The translations under genes were made by a program, and so were the position numbers. Under the pieces are notes generated by a model. It searched no databases and was not told the origin of the DNA. It saw only the letters and a program-made list of their open reading frames with translations. This document shows positions 14,721 through 27,691 of a stretch of 64,000 nt of DNA, piece after piece. The number at the start of each line of letters is the position of its first letter. Within the stretch, counting starts at the first letter, position 1. This stretch comes from Octopus vulgaris (Eukaryota), in assembly GCA_951406725.2 (NCBI GenBank), contig OX597815.1:164238001-164302000 (forward strand), written 5' to 3'.

Positions 14721-15113
14721 CGGTTAAAAATTCCTCTTAATGGTAGATTTCCATTCGTGGTTGCTAACCCTAACCCATTCAAACGTATAACAAAGGAAAA
14801 TATGATTTAAATATCTGTTTAAACATCCTTTAGAAACAGAACCTAGCTACCTAAATAAATAAATATATATATATATATAGTTGGTACTACGCCAATTTAT
14901 GGATGTTTTAATTTATTTATAAAGGTACAGATGTGTGTGTATACAGTGTAAGTTAGACATTCCTTTAAAACTTAGCTAATGCATAAATATTTCCTTATTT
15001 AATTTGCCACAATATTTTCATGCATAGTTAATTTTTTGCTTTATTATTATCAAGTATATACACTCACCCACGTATATTTATATTACGTTTTATGGTGCAT
15101 ATTATACCTTATA

Positions 15114-15161
<48 letters not shown>

Positions 15162-15208
15162 TTATACGTAAATGTATATATATATATACTTATGTATACA
15201 TATATATC

Positions 15209-15245
<37 letters not shown>

Positions 15246-15268
15246 TTATGTATAGATGTATATATATA

Positions 15269-15415
<147 letters not shown>

Positions 15416-15595
15416 GCATACGTATATGCGTGTTTCAGAGTGAGTCAGCTGTCCAAATATTTAATATTTAAATGTATTTTATGTATTTTCGATTTTCCGC
15501 TGTATTCTTATTATCATATTCATACACACACAACGCACATAAATTTTATTATTGTTTATGATATATATATATGATATATATGATATATATATATG

Positions 15596-15635
<40 letters not shown>

Positions 15636-15927
15636 AAAGATTGTGATGGAAGATACCAAAATAAGTCATAGGTGCATGTGCTTATATTGTTTGAGTAAGT
15701 CGTAAGTTTGTGTGTCGCACTTTTAGTGTTAACTTAAAAGTGATTAAATTGGACTGCTCACACAAACAGTAGGACACAGTATTGACTCGGAAACCTTTAA
15801 TATATTTGGGAGTATATTATAGCTACGAAATGAAATACGGCGTCCCTACAAGCAATTATTATGTACGTAGAAGTTGCCAGGAATGTGTATTATACATATA
15901 TATATATATATATATACATAAATATAA

Positions 15928-16428
15928 GAGAGTTACCGTTAAGTGGTTAACTCTAGTGCTAAAAATAGCTCCTTATTCTGGTATAACCACCGAAGTTGTT
16001 TCCACAAAGAAATAACATTACCTTCAACGTAATGAAAGTGAAATACAACGAAAAGATAGATTAATGCTGAACAATTGTTTCTTTATTAATATTAGTATTC
16101 GTTTCCACTAAGTCTTACCATGCTTTTGGCGGGGAACCTGAATCACAACTATGTATGCAATCGATTGGACCGCATGGGTATTTGACGCTCGTGAGGGTCT
16201 AATAAATTGTATCGAAGACAAATGCTGCTGATAACTTATAGACAAATATGTGAGTATAATTGCATATTATATTAATAAAGAAACAATTGTTCAGCATTAA
16301 TCTATCTTTTCGTTGTATTTCACTTTCCTTACGTTGAAGGTAATCTTATTTCTTTGTGGAAACAACTTCGGTGGCTATACCAGAATAAGGAGCTATTTTT
16401 AGCACTAGAGTTAACCACTTAACGGTAA

Positions 16429-16433
<5 letters not shown>
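15928..16433. mobile_element. Fold-back element with 165-bp inverted arms and a hammerhead (family C)
   Basis: 15928-16092 is the near-perfect reverse complement of 16269-16433, with a 176-bp spacer; flanked by TA repeats. Confidence 0.75.
16221..16298 (+). ncRNA. Type I hammerhead with long stem II (G8A, probably inactive)
   Basis: aatgctg CTGATAA [cttat..aatatgtg-loop-tgcatatt..ataaa] GAAA caattg TT cagcatt; 7-bp stem I and palindromic stem III. Confidence 0.65.
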
Positions 16434-16511
<78 letters not shown>

Positions 16512-16634
16512 GAGGATATGCTTGAATAGGTAAAAATATTGGAGAAAGTCTCAAGTGGTGATGGAAGCGAACTAAAAGATACAATGAGGAGCAACAATTA
16601 AAATTCGGGATAGTTAAAATTAGTTAAAGTATAT

Positions 16635-17045
16635 ATGGCATGCTTGTGTAGTAAGAAGCTTGTTTCCCAGTCACATGGTTCCGAGTTCAATCCCACTGCG
16701 TGGCACTTTGGGCAAGTTTCTTCTACAATAAAACCAAAGCCTTCTGAGTGGATTTGGTAAACGGAAACCAAAAGAGGCCCGTCATGTGTGTGCATGTGTG
16801 TGTGTGTATGTATGTGTGTGTTTGTGTGTGTGTTTGTGTGAGCGTGTAGCTGTCTCTCCTATCACAGCTTGACAACCGGTGTTGATGTGTTTACGTCTCT
16901 GTAACTTAGCGATTCAGCAAAAGAAACCGATAGAATAAGTACTAGGCTTCATAAAATAAGTCCTGAGGTCGATTTGTTCGACTAAAATCCTTCAAGGCCG
17001 TGCTCCACCATGGCCACCGTCAAATGACTGAAACAATTAAAAGAA
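16635..17045 (+). mobile_element. tRNA-derived SINE, family 2
   Basis: ggttccgagttcaatcccactgcgtggcactttgggcaag ... gtcaaatgactgaaac. Confidence 0.75.
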
Positions 17046-17789
17046 TTAAAGTATTTCAGAGAGAGACGAAAAAGTACTCCGGTAACGCTGGGGCATGTGG
17101 TTACGGGAACACGTCATTGATAAGGCTAAAGAAGGCCGAACTACATCTGGTGTCCTTGATAGCCACTACCAGGAACATTTATATTCTCTCTTCAGTATAT
17201 TTAATATGTCTTTAAACATGGTGCGTCTTTCATAGCTTTTATTTTGAACCAATACTGCAGCAACTTGCCAGTCAAAGGTGTATATGCATTAAGTAACACA
17301 CACAGACACACATATACACACACTCACTCACACACACACACACATGCCTATGTAAACCAACTCCAGATTTACCGGCCACCCACCCCCCGACAACTACTTA
17401 TCATGTTCATTCTCCTATTTAAACACTAATATTTCTATGTGTGTGTACATGAGTTAGCGAGAGTCACGGACTGGGCGTCCATCGACTACGTATATATATA
17501 AATATATATGTGTGTGTGTGCATGTATGTATGTATGTATGTATATATGTATGTATGTATACATATGCAAACACACACACACACACATTTGTGTACATACT
17601 TACATACACACACCTCACATACATTGTTTAATTCAAAGAACATCCGTTTTCTGAACATGCTTCCCTCTTACGCTAAAATCTCTATGAACCTATATATAAC
17701 ACCAGATCAAAAGAGACGGCAACGAAAAAAAGAAAGTGAGAAGTGGTGGTTGTTAGAATTGGAGAATAAGCAATGGTAGAGAATAATAA

Positions 17790-18785
17790 TATTTTTTACT
17801 ATAGACACAAGGCCTGAAATTTTGGGGAAAGGGCAAGTCGATTACATCGACCCAGTAATCAACTGGTACTCAACTGGCAGGCGAAATACCACTAAGCATT
17901 TCGCCCGGCGTGCTAACGATTCAGCCAGCTCGCCGGCTTAGTAGAGAAAAATAATCTTTTCTACTCTAGGCACAAGGCCCGAAATTTTGGGGGAGGGGCC
18001 CAGTCGATTAGATCGACTCAGTACATAACTGGTACATAATTTATCGACCCCGAAAGGATGAAAGGCAAAGTCGACCTCGGCGGAATTTGAACTCAGATCG
18101 TAAAGGCAGGCGAAATATCGCAAACATTTCGCCCGGCGTGCTAACGTTTCTGCCAGCTCGCTGCCTTTTACTAGAAAAAAATAATGGAAAAGAAATGACT
18201 ATGTAACTAAATGCATTGTTTTCATAATTATAAAAGAAAGCGAGCAAGAGAGATTTTTGGAAGTTGAAAGGAAGCAGTTCTTGAAGAGTAGGAGGACGGA
18301 ATATTGAATTACCGATTGATAACATTCTCAGAATTATATGTAATTAACCTTTTTTTCTGAAAGACAACTTGTTTAATTGGTGAGACGATTTGCAGATACT
18401 CGTTATTAGTTATGACTTTAAATTCCAAATAAATTCATAATGTTTATTGATTTCAACGACTGGGATCTTGTTACTGTGAAGCACTGTAATAGACGACGGG
18501 TACATCTTTTATTATACTCGGAGATATGAAGCACAAAGCCGATTGTGTAAACGAATGTAACTAAATATCGATTTCAAATTTTAGCGCAAAGCTAGCAATT
18601 TTGAAGGAGAGGGTAAGTCGATTACATCGACCCCAGTGATCAACTGGTACTTATATTAGCGACCCCGAAAGGGATGAAAGGTAGAGTCGACCTCGGCAGA
18701 ATTTGAACTCAGAACGTAAGGACGAGCGCAATGCCGCTACACGTTTTGACCGACATGTCAACGATTCTGCCAGCTCGCCGTCTGA
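17790..18785 (-). mobile_element. Cluster of family 1 SINE copies (about 17790-17940, 17950-18165, 18570-18785)
   Basis: Reverse-strand consensus tcgaccccgaaaggatgaaaggcaaagtcgacctcggcggaatttgaactcag...ctgccagctcgcc. Confidence 0.8.
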
Positions 18786-18801
18786 CGCTCAACATGTTAT
18801 G

Positions 18802-19924
18802 CTATTTACTAATCTCTATGTTGTAGGGAAGGAAATAAACTTTACACAGGAGTATCCTCAGAAAAATATCTGATGATTTTATTTCGTTTGGAAGCAAGCA
18901 CCCTAAATGCAAGAAACAAAGTAAAATAACTTCGAGTGAACGCCACATTAAAACTGAAATTGATCTGTCTGTCCACGAGAAAGGAAATTTAAAAAACATA
19001 TGTTAGGTTATCGAAACTTCAACAAAGTTGACATGTTGCTGAGACTTTGATTTCAAGAAACATTAGACCCCACCAACCATTTTTATTGCTTCTGCCATTT
19101 TCAATCATTTCATAATTATATTTTTGTATGCCAATCCTAGTATTTTTTTCCCAATCTCTTTTGTGCGTATGTCAGAATTCTATGTCGCCAAAAGTTCGAC
19201 TCAAAACTATGTCATATCGATTCTTTCACTGTCTTATCGGCTAAGAAGGAAACGCTGCAATATCAACGACAAATCAATACAAATCACTTAAAAGCTTGTT
19301 TGTCTGGCAGACGACATTGTATAACACAAAATATAGGTTTATTAGGTGTATCGTCGAGAAAATATTCGTTCGGTTATGATTTAGAAAGCAAAATTGTTTC
19401 AATGAAAATCTACTATTAGATAAAAATAATGCATTGTTTTCTTTATTGGAAATGGTTTGTCTTCTTAAAAGTTATTGGTAGGTACAATAAAAGTAAATGT
19501 TAAGTCTATACATCAACTGAAATTGAGTAACGTCTTGTTTAATATAGCTGCACAAATTGCTTCTAATTTTGAAGAGAGGTTTTTTATATGTCTTAGAGTA
19601 ATACTATTCTATTTGTTTTAGAGTTTGAAAGATAATATTCATATGTTTTGACGGAATCGTATTCAGGATGAACACAATTACTTACGAAAACACAGCGTTG
19701 AAATAGGACCTAAGATAGTCAATTCTTATTACAAATTCACTTAAATGAAACCCCATGTTGATTCGCTTTATCACGTGCTGGTAACGCCTGGGAGTATTAA
19801 AATCGAATTGAAACAGAATTTTATCGTGAGGTTTATAGTGCTGAACGTGAGTGGTATTAGAGTGGCACTTAATCCACGTTGCACAGGAAAGTATGCTTAG
19901 GACCACCAGCATACAGTAGACCTT
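18802..19924 (-). pseudogene. Possible decayed, divergent Cys-loop ligand-gated ion channel (nAChR-like) gene
   Basis: An open exon-like block 19686-19924 is bounded by ttttcAG and GTAAGT and encodes a hydrophobic leader and INMGFHLSEFVIRID. Downstream, in shifting frames with stops, are VDIAAFP, NGWWGL and VILLCFLHLGCLLPNE..ILL...FL in Cys-loop receptor order. Motif resemblance only. Confidence 0.3.
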
Positions 19925-20959
19925 CTGAAAACATGAATCACTTCAAACTGTTTCAGTGGTATATAGTCTCAGGTTGTCTCAAAGAAGTTAATGCTCTGAA
20001 AAGTATTCGATACATCTGATGATTGTGCCTTTGCAAACGAAAGTTCAACATTTTAACACTTGCCTTGGGAGAAGAATATATCACTGGACCAACATTACCA
20101 CCAATCATTTGCATTACAATAACTTACAAATTGACACATCACCTATTCAAACTTTACTTTATAATCTACCATAAGTTTCACCAGTAAACTAAGATTTTCA
20201 CTGCGTATAAACCATCTTCGCTATAAAAAAGATCTTAATATATCATCTAACGCATATTAGGTGGCAGCTGGCAGAATCGTTAGCATTCCCGCAAAATGCT
20301 GACCAGCATTTCGTCGGTCCTTACGTTCTGAGTTCAAATTCCGCCAAAACTTAAAACAAATATATTATCTAACATATATTTTAAGATAAGTACATAATGT
20401 ATAAATACTCAGACTTACCACTTATTCCAAAAACTTTATATAAAAATAACCGCATTCATGTTCTTTAAATTCTTATAATTATTCCTTAACTTCATAGAAT
20501 TATTTTAATCAATTGTCTAAAGGACCGAATTTACTCACTTCCTTAAAGTTACTGACCCCTATACAAATCTGGAATGCGAAACACAGTACCTCTAATCAAA
20601 GTGGTCTTTGAAGATGTCACTACTAGAAATACAGCAAAATCCTTTTCCTATGCTATCTTCAAAAAAAAAATTAATAAGAATGATATAGTAGATAATGTAG
20701 TCCTAAGTAATTTTAAATATGCGGAATAGCCTGTTGGAATTTGGTCATTGGTCATTGATCTACTTGATCAAGACTTGAGCGAAGCAACAGTGTTATCCAA
20801 AACTGTCGTTCCGCTAACTGCCATGGACGCAGTATAACGACACGCTTGCTACTGACGCTCTGTGCCGTCTCGTTGATTTTTATACTACAATTAAAATTCT
20901 TCTGTTCCACTGAACCAGTAAGTTTCGTACGCAATTCTTGCTACCCCGCACCACCTTTC

Positions 20960-21122
20960 TATACGTTTTGAGTTCAAATTCCGCCGAGGTCGACTTTACC
21001 TTTCATCCTTTCGGGGTCGATAAATTAAGTACCAGTTACGCACTGGGGTTGATATAATCGATTTAATACTTTGTCCTTGTTTGTCCCCTCTATGTTTAGC
21101 CCCTTGTGGGTAATAAAGAAAT
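20960..21122 (+). mobile_element. Family 1 SINE (5'-truncated)
   Basis: gagttcaaattccgccgaggtcgacttt...gtaccagttacgcactgggg...tttagccccttgtggg. Confidence 0.8.
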
Positions 21123-21473
21123 ATATCTCCTCATCAATAACACACAAGCACAGGCACACACATCATTCTCAGACCATGCGCTGAAATATTCGCTCGATAA
21201 TTCCTCAGTAAGGCAACACCATAGAATCCCTTTATTTTACATGCTTAATGAATTGATTTATACATGCATTTATTTATACTTTGGTTCATAATCTACACCG
21301 AGTTTCACCAGTAGACTAAGATTTTCACTGCATATAAACCAGCTTTTCCTTCCTAGTCAGGAATATTACATGAATCAGAAGGATTGAATTTATTTTAAGT
21401 ACGTAAGTCAAATGCAAGGACGTGAGCAAATTCATTCGAAGTTTTTGATGTGCAGAAAAAAAATGGTGGAAGT

Positions 21474-21519
21474 CTTCTAACGGACCGTTTCACAGTTCAT
21501 AGATCGCTCCTCGGAGAAA
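21474..21519 (-). ncRNA. Type I hammerhead-like motif (degenerate)
   Basis: UUUCU CCGAGGA gcgaucuaugaacugu GAAA cgguccg UU AGAAG; U4C core and weak stem II. Confidence 0.5.
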
Positions 21520-22963
21520 ACGCTTCTTGTTTTCTTCTTAATCAATGGCATAGAATATCCAAGTACAGTATAAAGTAGCCATAAATTAAACACTCTAGTG
21601 ATTAGCTTAATTTTTCACATTTGTACTTTTGATAGCTTATCATTAACTAAGCAATGTTCATTTTATGCTAAACACTGCTTGACTCATCTAAGTGCATATT
21701 TAATTAGTTCTGTTTTCTTAAAGTCATCAACCCGCAGGCCTTATAGCTGGACATAAACGTCAATGATTTATATCTTTGTGAGGATATGAAAATATCAAAG
21801 ATGCTAATCATACTCCATTCCACCGGCATTTCTTTATGTTAAATTTATTTTAGTAGCCAAGTGCTTTGCGATCCTTGGTTATAACTACCTTCTTCAAGTC
21901 ATACAATGTCATACCACAAACCTATCAATATGAGTTCTTGTAACCTCATAAGCAAAAATCATATCCAATAAACGTTAAGTACATGGATTTCTATGCAACT
22001 TCTCTTGTATTCCTTAATTTCAAATTCAAATTCCTAATTCCGACTCACGTTGTGCTGGTATAGTTATCACCCTTGTATTAACGGCTATAACCAGAGGCCA
22101 CCATATGTATGTCTTTAAAACTCAATTGGTCAGATGTAAGCTTGCGGCAGTATAAGTTGACGACGCTAGATCTTTTATTTATAGAAGCCATATATCAAAG
22201 ACGAGACTCGCAGTAAGTCGTAAACACATGGAGAACATATTTCCATTTCGTTTCTATCAATAATATATGACCTTTAAGCTTCGACAACGGAAAACAAATG
22301 CAACTGTTGCTAAAGTCTGGAAAGTGACACGATTTCAATTCTCTATCGCAACAATTTATCTTAGATGAACTAATTCAGTTAAGAAACACATAAACTGTAA
22401 TACACGCAAACTTATTTCCCAGCTATACAAACCAGAGTCCTTCGTGACTATATATAAAAAAAAATCAATATATGTTTTTCAACTCTATAATACTACTTCA
22501 TATTTACATTAATCCTTCAAACAACTGGCTTTAAAATAGCTTATTTCATATTCTTTACATAACTTTCTTACTTTCAGTGATTTTATCTTTCTTTCTTTTG
22601 TAGAAACGGGGAGAGATTTTATTTTAAATCCGCTGCCATCGATTTCTCATCTCCTTAACAATCCCCTCGACAAATGTCTTACCAATCCTCGTCAAGTGAA
22701 ATAAACAGCATTCTTAGCCTAAGTCAAATTGATATCACATTCGCACGCACATACACACACACGCACACACACACATAAACTCACACACACGCGCGCAGGG
22801 ACACATATTCATACACATGTAGACACAATAATGTCAGACAACCACTAGCCTAATAACAAGTGTAACATATGCCACAGAAATAATCCGTAGAAATACATAC
22901 ACTCACACATACATATGTATATATAAATATATAAATGTATGTACATATATATGTATGTATATA

Positions 22964-23006
<43 letters not shown>

Positions 23007-23260
23007 GTACGTATTTATATGTGTATGTACGCGTGCATGTCTGTCTGTCTGTCTGTATGTATGTATGTATGTCTGTATGTATGTATGTATGTATGTATGT
23101 ATGTATGTATGTATTGTAAAGCTGGCGTGACATCTATACGATGGTGAAGGGAAGTTTAGATTCTTTGAGTATTAGACTTTCGAGTACAACTAAACAGATT
23201 TATAACTTGCATCATGCGCCAGATTTCTTACGATCGAATTACTACATGTAATCCCTGCAC

Positions 23261-23291
<31 letters not shown>

Positions 23292-23337
23292 CACACACAC
23301 TTACACATACATGCATGCGTATATATATATATATATA

Positions 23338-24864
23338 TCTATATATATAAAACTCTAGTTGTGTGAGTGTCTGTCCCCTTCGATTTAGATTCCTAACTCC
23401 TCCCACATTTTGCGGTGCAGTTTAACCAAATTCGGGTATCTTATAGTCGTGATTCATATCGAGCCCGTCTGACTATTAGCGCGCGTCAACGATGAGTCTA
23501 CGATTTTAAAAATAATTTAACATCATTTTTTATTCCATTTTAATGCATAAAATGCATCGTATGTCGATGGCGGCGGAGTTGGCGTCCACGCTCACAGCTG
23601 CACCTGTTTGCTTCTCCCCCTTCCCTCCCTCGTGAAGCTGTGGGGAAGGGAGTGTAAAGAAATCAACGTCGTAAAGCGTTGTGAAGGAAACCAGCGTTCT
23701 TTTAGAACAACGACTTCATGGCTTGAAGACACCAAAACAAAAATGGCTAAGAAAGCCCGAATTTATAAGGGAAGTAACTCTCTAAAAATGCTTATATAGT
23801 TATTTCCCTTACAAACCCGAGCAACGCCGGGCGATACTGCTAGTCTATATATATAAAACTCTAGTTGTGTGAGTGTCTGTCCCCTTCGATTTAGATTCCT
23901 AACTCCTCCCACATTTTGCGGTGCAGTTTAACCAAATTCGGGTATCTTATAGTCGTGATTCATATCGAGCCCGTCTGACTATTAGCGCGCGTCAACGATG
24001 AGTCTACGATTTTAAAAATAATTTAACATCATTTTTTATTCCATTTTAATGCATAAAATGCATCGTGTGTCGATGGCGGCGGAGTTGGCGTCCATGGTCA
24101 CACCTGCACCTGTTTGCTTCTCCCCTTCTTCCCTCCCTCGTGAAGCTGTGGGGAAGGGAGTGTAAAGAAATCAACGTCGTAAAGCGTTGTGAAGGAAACC
24201 AGCGTTCTTTTAGAACAACGACTTCATGGCTTGAAGACACCAAAACAAAAATGGCTAAGAAAGCCCGAATTTATAAGGGAAGTAACTCTCTAAAAATGCT
24301 TATATAGTTATTTCCCTTACAAACCCGAGCAACGCCGGGCGATACTGCTAGTCTATATATATAAAACTCTAGTTGTGTGAGTGTCTGTCCCTTTCGATTT
24401 AGATTCCTAACTCCTCCCACATTTTGCGGTGCAGTTTAACCAAATTCGGGTATCTTATAGTCGTGATTCATATCGAGCCCGTCTGACTATTAGCGCGCGT
24501 CTACGATGAGTCTACGATTTTAAAAATAATTTAACATCATTTTTTATTCCATTTTAATGCATAAAATGCATCGTGTGTCGATGGCGGCGGAGTTGGCGTC
24601 CATGGTCACACCTGCACCTGTTTGCTTCTCCCCTTCTTCCCTCCCTCGTGAAGCTGTGGGGAAGGGAGTGTAAGGAAATCAACGTCGTAAAGCGTTGTGA
24701 AGGAGACCAGCGTTCTTTTAGAACAACGACTTCATGGCTTGAAGACACCAAAACAGAAATGGCTAAGAAAGCCCGAATTGGCATCTATAAGGGAAGTAAC
24801 TCTCTAAAAATGCTTATATAGTTATTTCCCTTACAAACCCGAGCAACGCCGGGCGATACTGCTA

Positions 24865-24865
<1 letters not shown>
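23338..24865 (+). mobile_element. Head-to-tail trimer of a non-autonomous Helitron (23338-23843, 23844-24351, 24352-24865)
   Basis: Each unit starts TCtatatatataaaa and ends cccg-agcaacgc-cggg hairpin + cgatactgCTAG. Junctions are exact CTAG|TC. Confidence 0.88.
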
Positions 24866-24899
<34 letters not shown>

Positions 24900-25221
24900 T
24901 TTTCTTGGGTACCCCTCTGCCCCATGAGAACATGCGTCTGCACTTGAAAGTTATTGTTTACCTACGTATGCTTATAGGATGCAATAAGACAAATATGAAG
25001 TGATCTCTTCCGAACATCGATATGGGAAAGGTCTTATAGGAGACCATTAATTGCCTATTCAACAGGTCTTCAATCTCCACGCGTCACTTGATTCTTCTAG
25101 GAAGAGCAGTGGCTGGTATATTTTGGTATCAATATCATAAGAGCTATCAGAAAGTAGCTGAATATGATTTAGAGTTGCCGTGTATACACCAGCTTCTAAT
25201 TTATAGTCGATTAAATTAATA

Positions 25222-25435
25222 TTGGTTTCATATTTTGGCACAAGGCCAGCAACTTCGAGGGAGTGGGTAAGTCTATGACATCGACCCAAGTGTTCTACTA
25301 GTGTTTATTTCGTGACTCCGAAAAGATGAAAGGCAATGTCGACCTCAGCGGGATTTGAACACAGAACGTTAAGACAGACCAAATGCCACTAAGCATTTTG
25401 CCCGGGACGGTAACGATTCTGCCAGCTCGCCACCT
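25222..25435 (-). mobile_element. Family 1 SINE
   Basis: gatgaaaggcaatgtcgacctcagcgggatttgaac...ctgccagctcgccacctt. Confidence 0.75.
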
Positions 25436-25581
25436 TCCATTAAATTACTATTGATGCATAACTGGTTCTGAAACACTTTTTATCGACTCTGGGACTGGAA
25501 GGGAGATCCGAAATATATGGTGAGCATTATTTTTCCAGGCGCCCTGACGGTTCTGTCATCAAGCAATCTATCTGCTTTTTG

Positions 25582-25640
<59 letters not shown>

Positions 25641-25642
25641 TG

Positions 25643-25686
<44 letters not shown>

Positions 25687-25726
25687 TATATACATACGTA
25701 CATGCATATGTATACACACACACACA

Positions 25727-25770
<44 letters not shown>

Positions 25771-26079
25771 TTAGGGGCAAATATAATTCCCGAAAATTAT
25801 TGATTTTGATTTTGTTATCATCTGGAATGACCTTTTTTAAAAAATGATAATATCAGAATTAATAATATAGGCGATCACAAGCCCAAGAAAAGCATTAAAC
25901 AGCTGAAGGATTAAAATTAAAATTAATCAAAGGACATACTAAGTATGTCTGCCTGCTGGAAAAAACAATCAAAACTCTTATTTAAATCGCCAAAATTACA
26001 CTGATGATAACTACAGAAATCAACTGAAAGCAGATTAGGTTCATAAAATCTCTTAACGTACATTTTAAGTATAAGGACT

Positions 26080-26154
26080 CACGTTGACCGGTTTCTGTAC
26101 TGGCAAAATAAATTAATTAATTTAAATAAATTACCTTAGCGTCATCAGCACGTG
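26080..26154 (-). ncRNA. Type I hammerhead with AU-rich long stem II
   Basis: CACGUG CUGAUGA cgcuaagguaa...uugccaguaca GAAA CCGG UC AACGUG. Canonical core, palindromic stem III, one mismatch at the base of stem I. Confidence 0.65.
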
Positions 26155-26572
26155 TTACAAAGAAAACAGACCCCCCCCCAACTGCCCGTCCAAAGGCTGA
26201 CAATACTACGTAGGGTCAAGTGCAAGTTGAACTGTTCTTAAATTATACTTTTGGTGAGAGAACATGAAATATCAAAGCAAATGATAGCAGAGATCAATTA
26301 AAGTTAAAGTGACCTTTCAAGACTTTAAGGGAAATAATTTGTTTATTACAATCAGTTGTATCTTAAGTAGGTCAGGATGTTTTCGCACCACTGAATATGT
26401 GTGTCATGCACGTCTGTCAGCCGAAATTGCGATGATAATCTGCTACTCGACTGAGGAAAGAAAACTCCGAATGACCCGTCCTTGTTTTCTTTGTATCGTC
26501 TATCTGAATGCTTTGTTGTTCCATTTTGTATCATCTAACTGTCCGGATGTTTTGCGTTCTTGTCCCATATTG

Positions 26573-26678
<106 letters not shown>

Positions 26679-26704
26679 CATACATACATACATACATACA
26701 TACA

Positions 26705-26738
<34 letters not shown>

Positions 26739-27510
26739 CATACATACAAGATCGAGGACATTCTGGCAGTAACTCAGAGTATCGATGAAAATTGCTGATC
26801 TATTAACTGTCGGAGCCGAGCCTATAGACAATCCCCAGAAATCCCTTAGGGAGAGGCCATTACCGGTTCGACAGAAAATCTGCAGACAAGGAATTACTGT
26901 CACCTTTGCCAGTCAGGTTGTACACGTTCTGCATGCATTCGTCCAGTTCCTCGTAAAATTGTGTCGAAAGTGTTTCTTGATAGGACGGATTCAGTTATTA
27001 TCTGGGCCACTTGTAAAGATTTCTGCGCCTGATGATTTTGGCGAGAGTGGTTGTGTGGTGAAAGACACGCAGAACGACATTAAAAAGGATGAAAATAATA
27101 CTTCCCTCTTTGACCAATCACTTATCAACTTTTTCAAGTTTCGTTTGTAAAGGAAAGAGCCGGAAGTCCTGCTTCCAGTAAATTTATTGAAATGTGGAAA
27201 AAAAGAGACGTAAAAAGTCTGCGTGCAGGGGCCTGTTCTGAGCATGCGCATGTAAATTGGAGGAGAACGAGTGAGAGAGATTAATTGACTTAGTGGTCAT
27301 AATGATCGTGATTTTTATCGGTTTTCACAACTAACACTCGGAGGTTTCTAGTTCCTCTGCTGTGCTGATTTTTATATTTGAATATTTTTTAATTTTCCAT
27401 TTTTGACACGTTTTTTTTATATTCCCGTACTCTCTTTCAGCTTGTACCTGGTTCGATCTTTTTATCAAATCTTGTGGTTAATAAATGTGCATGTACGTAT
27501 GTATGCCTCT

Positions 27511-27691
<181 letters not shown>

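Noticed and set aside
20160-21345. About 55-bp segment repeated at 20160 and 21289
   Set aside because: Short and diverged; probably an old repeat fragment with no further structure.
23338-24865. CRISPR-like or coding interpretation of the tandem units
   Set aside because: There are no unique spacers, the context is eukaryotic, and the termini are diagnostic of Helitrons.
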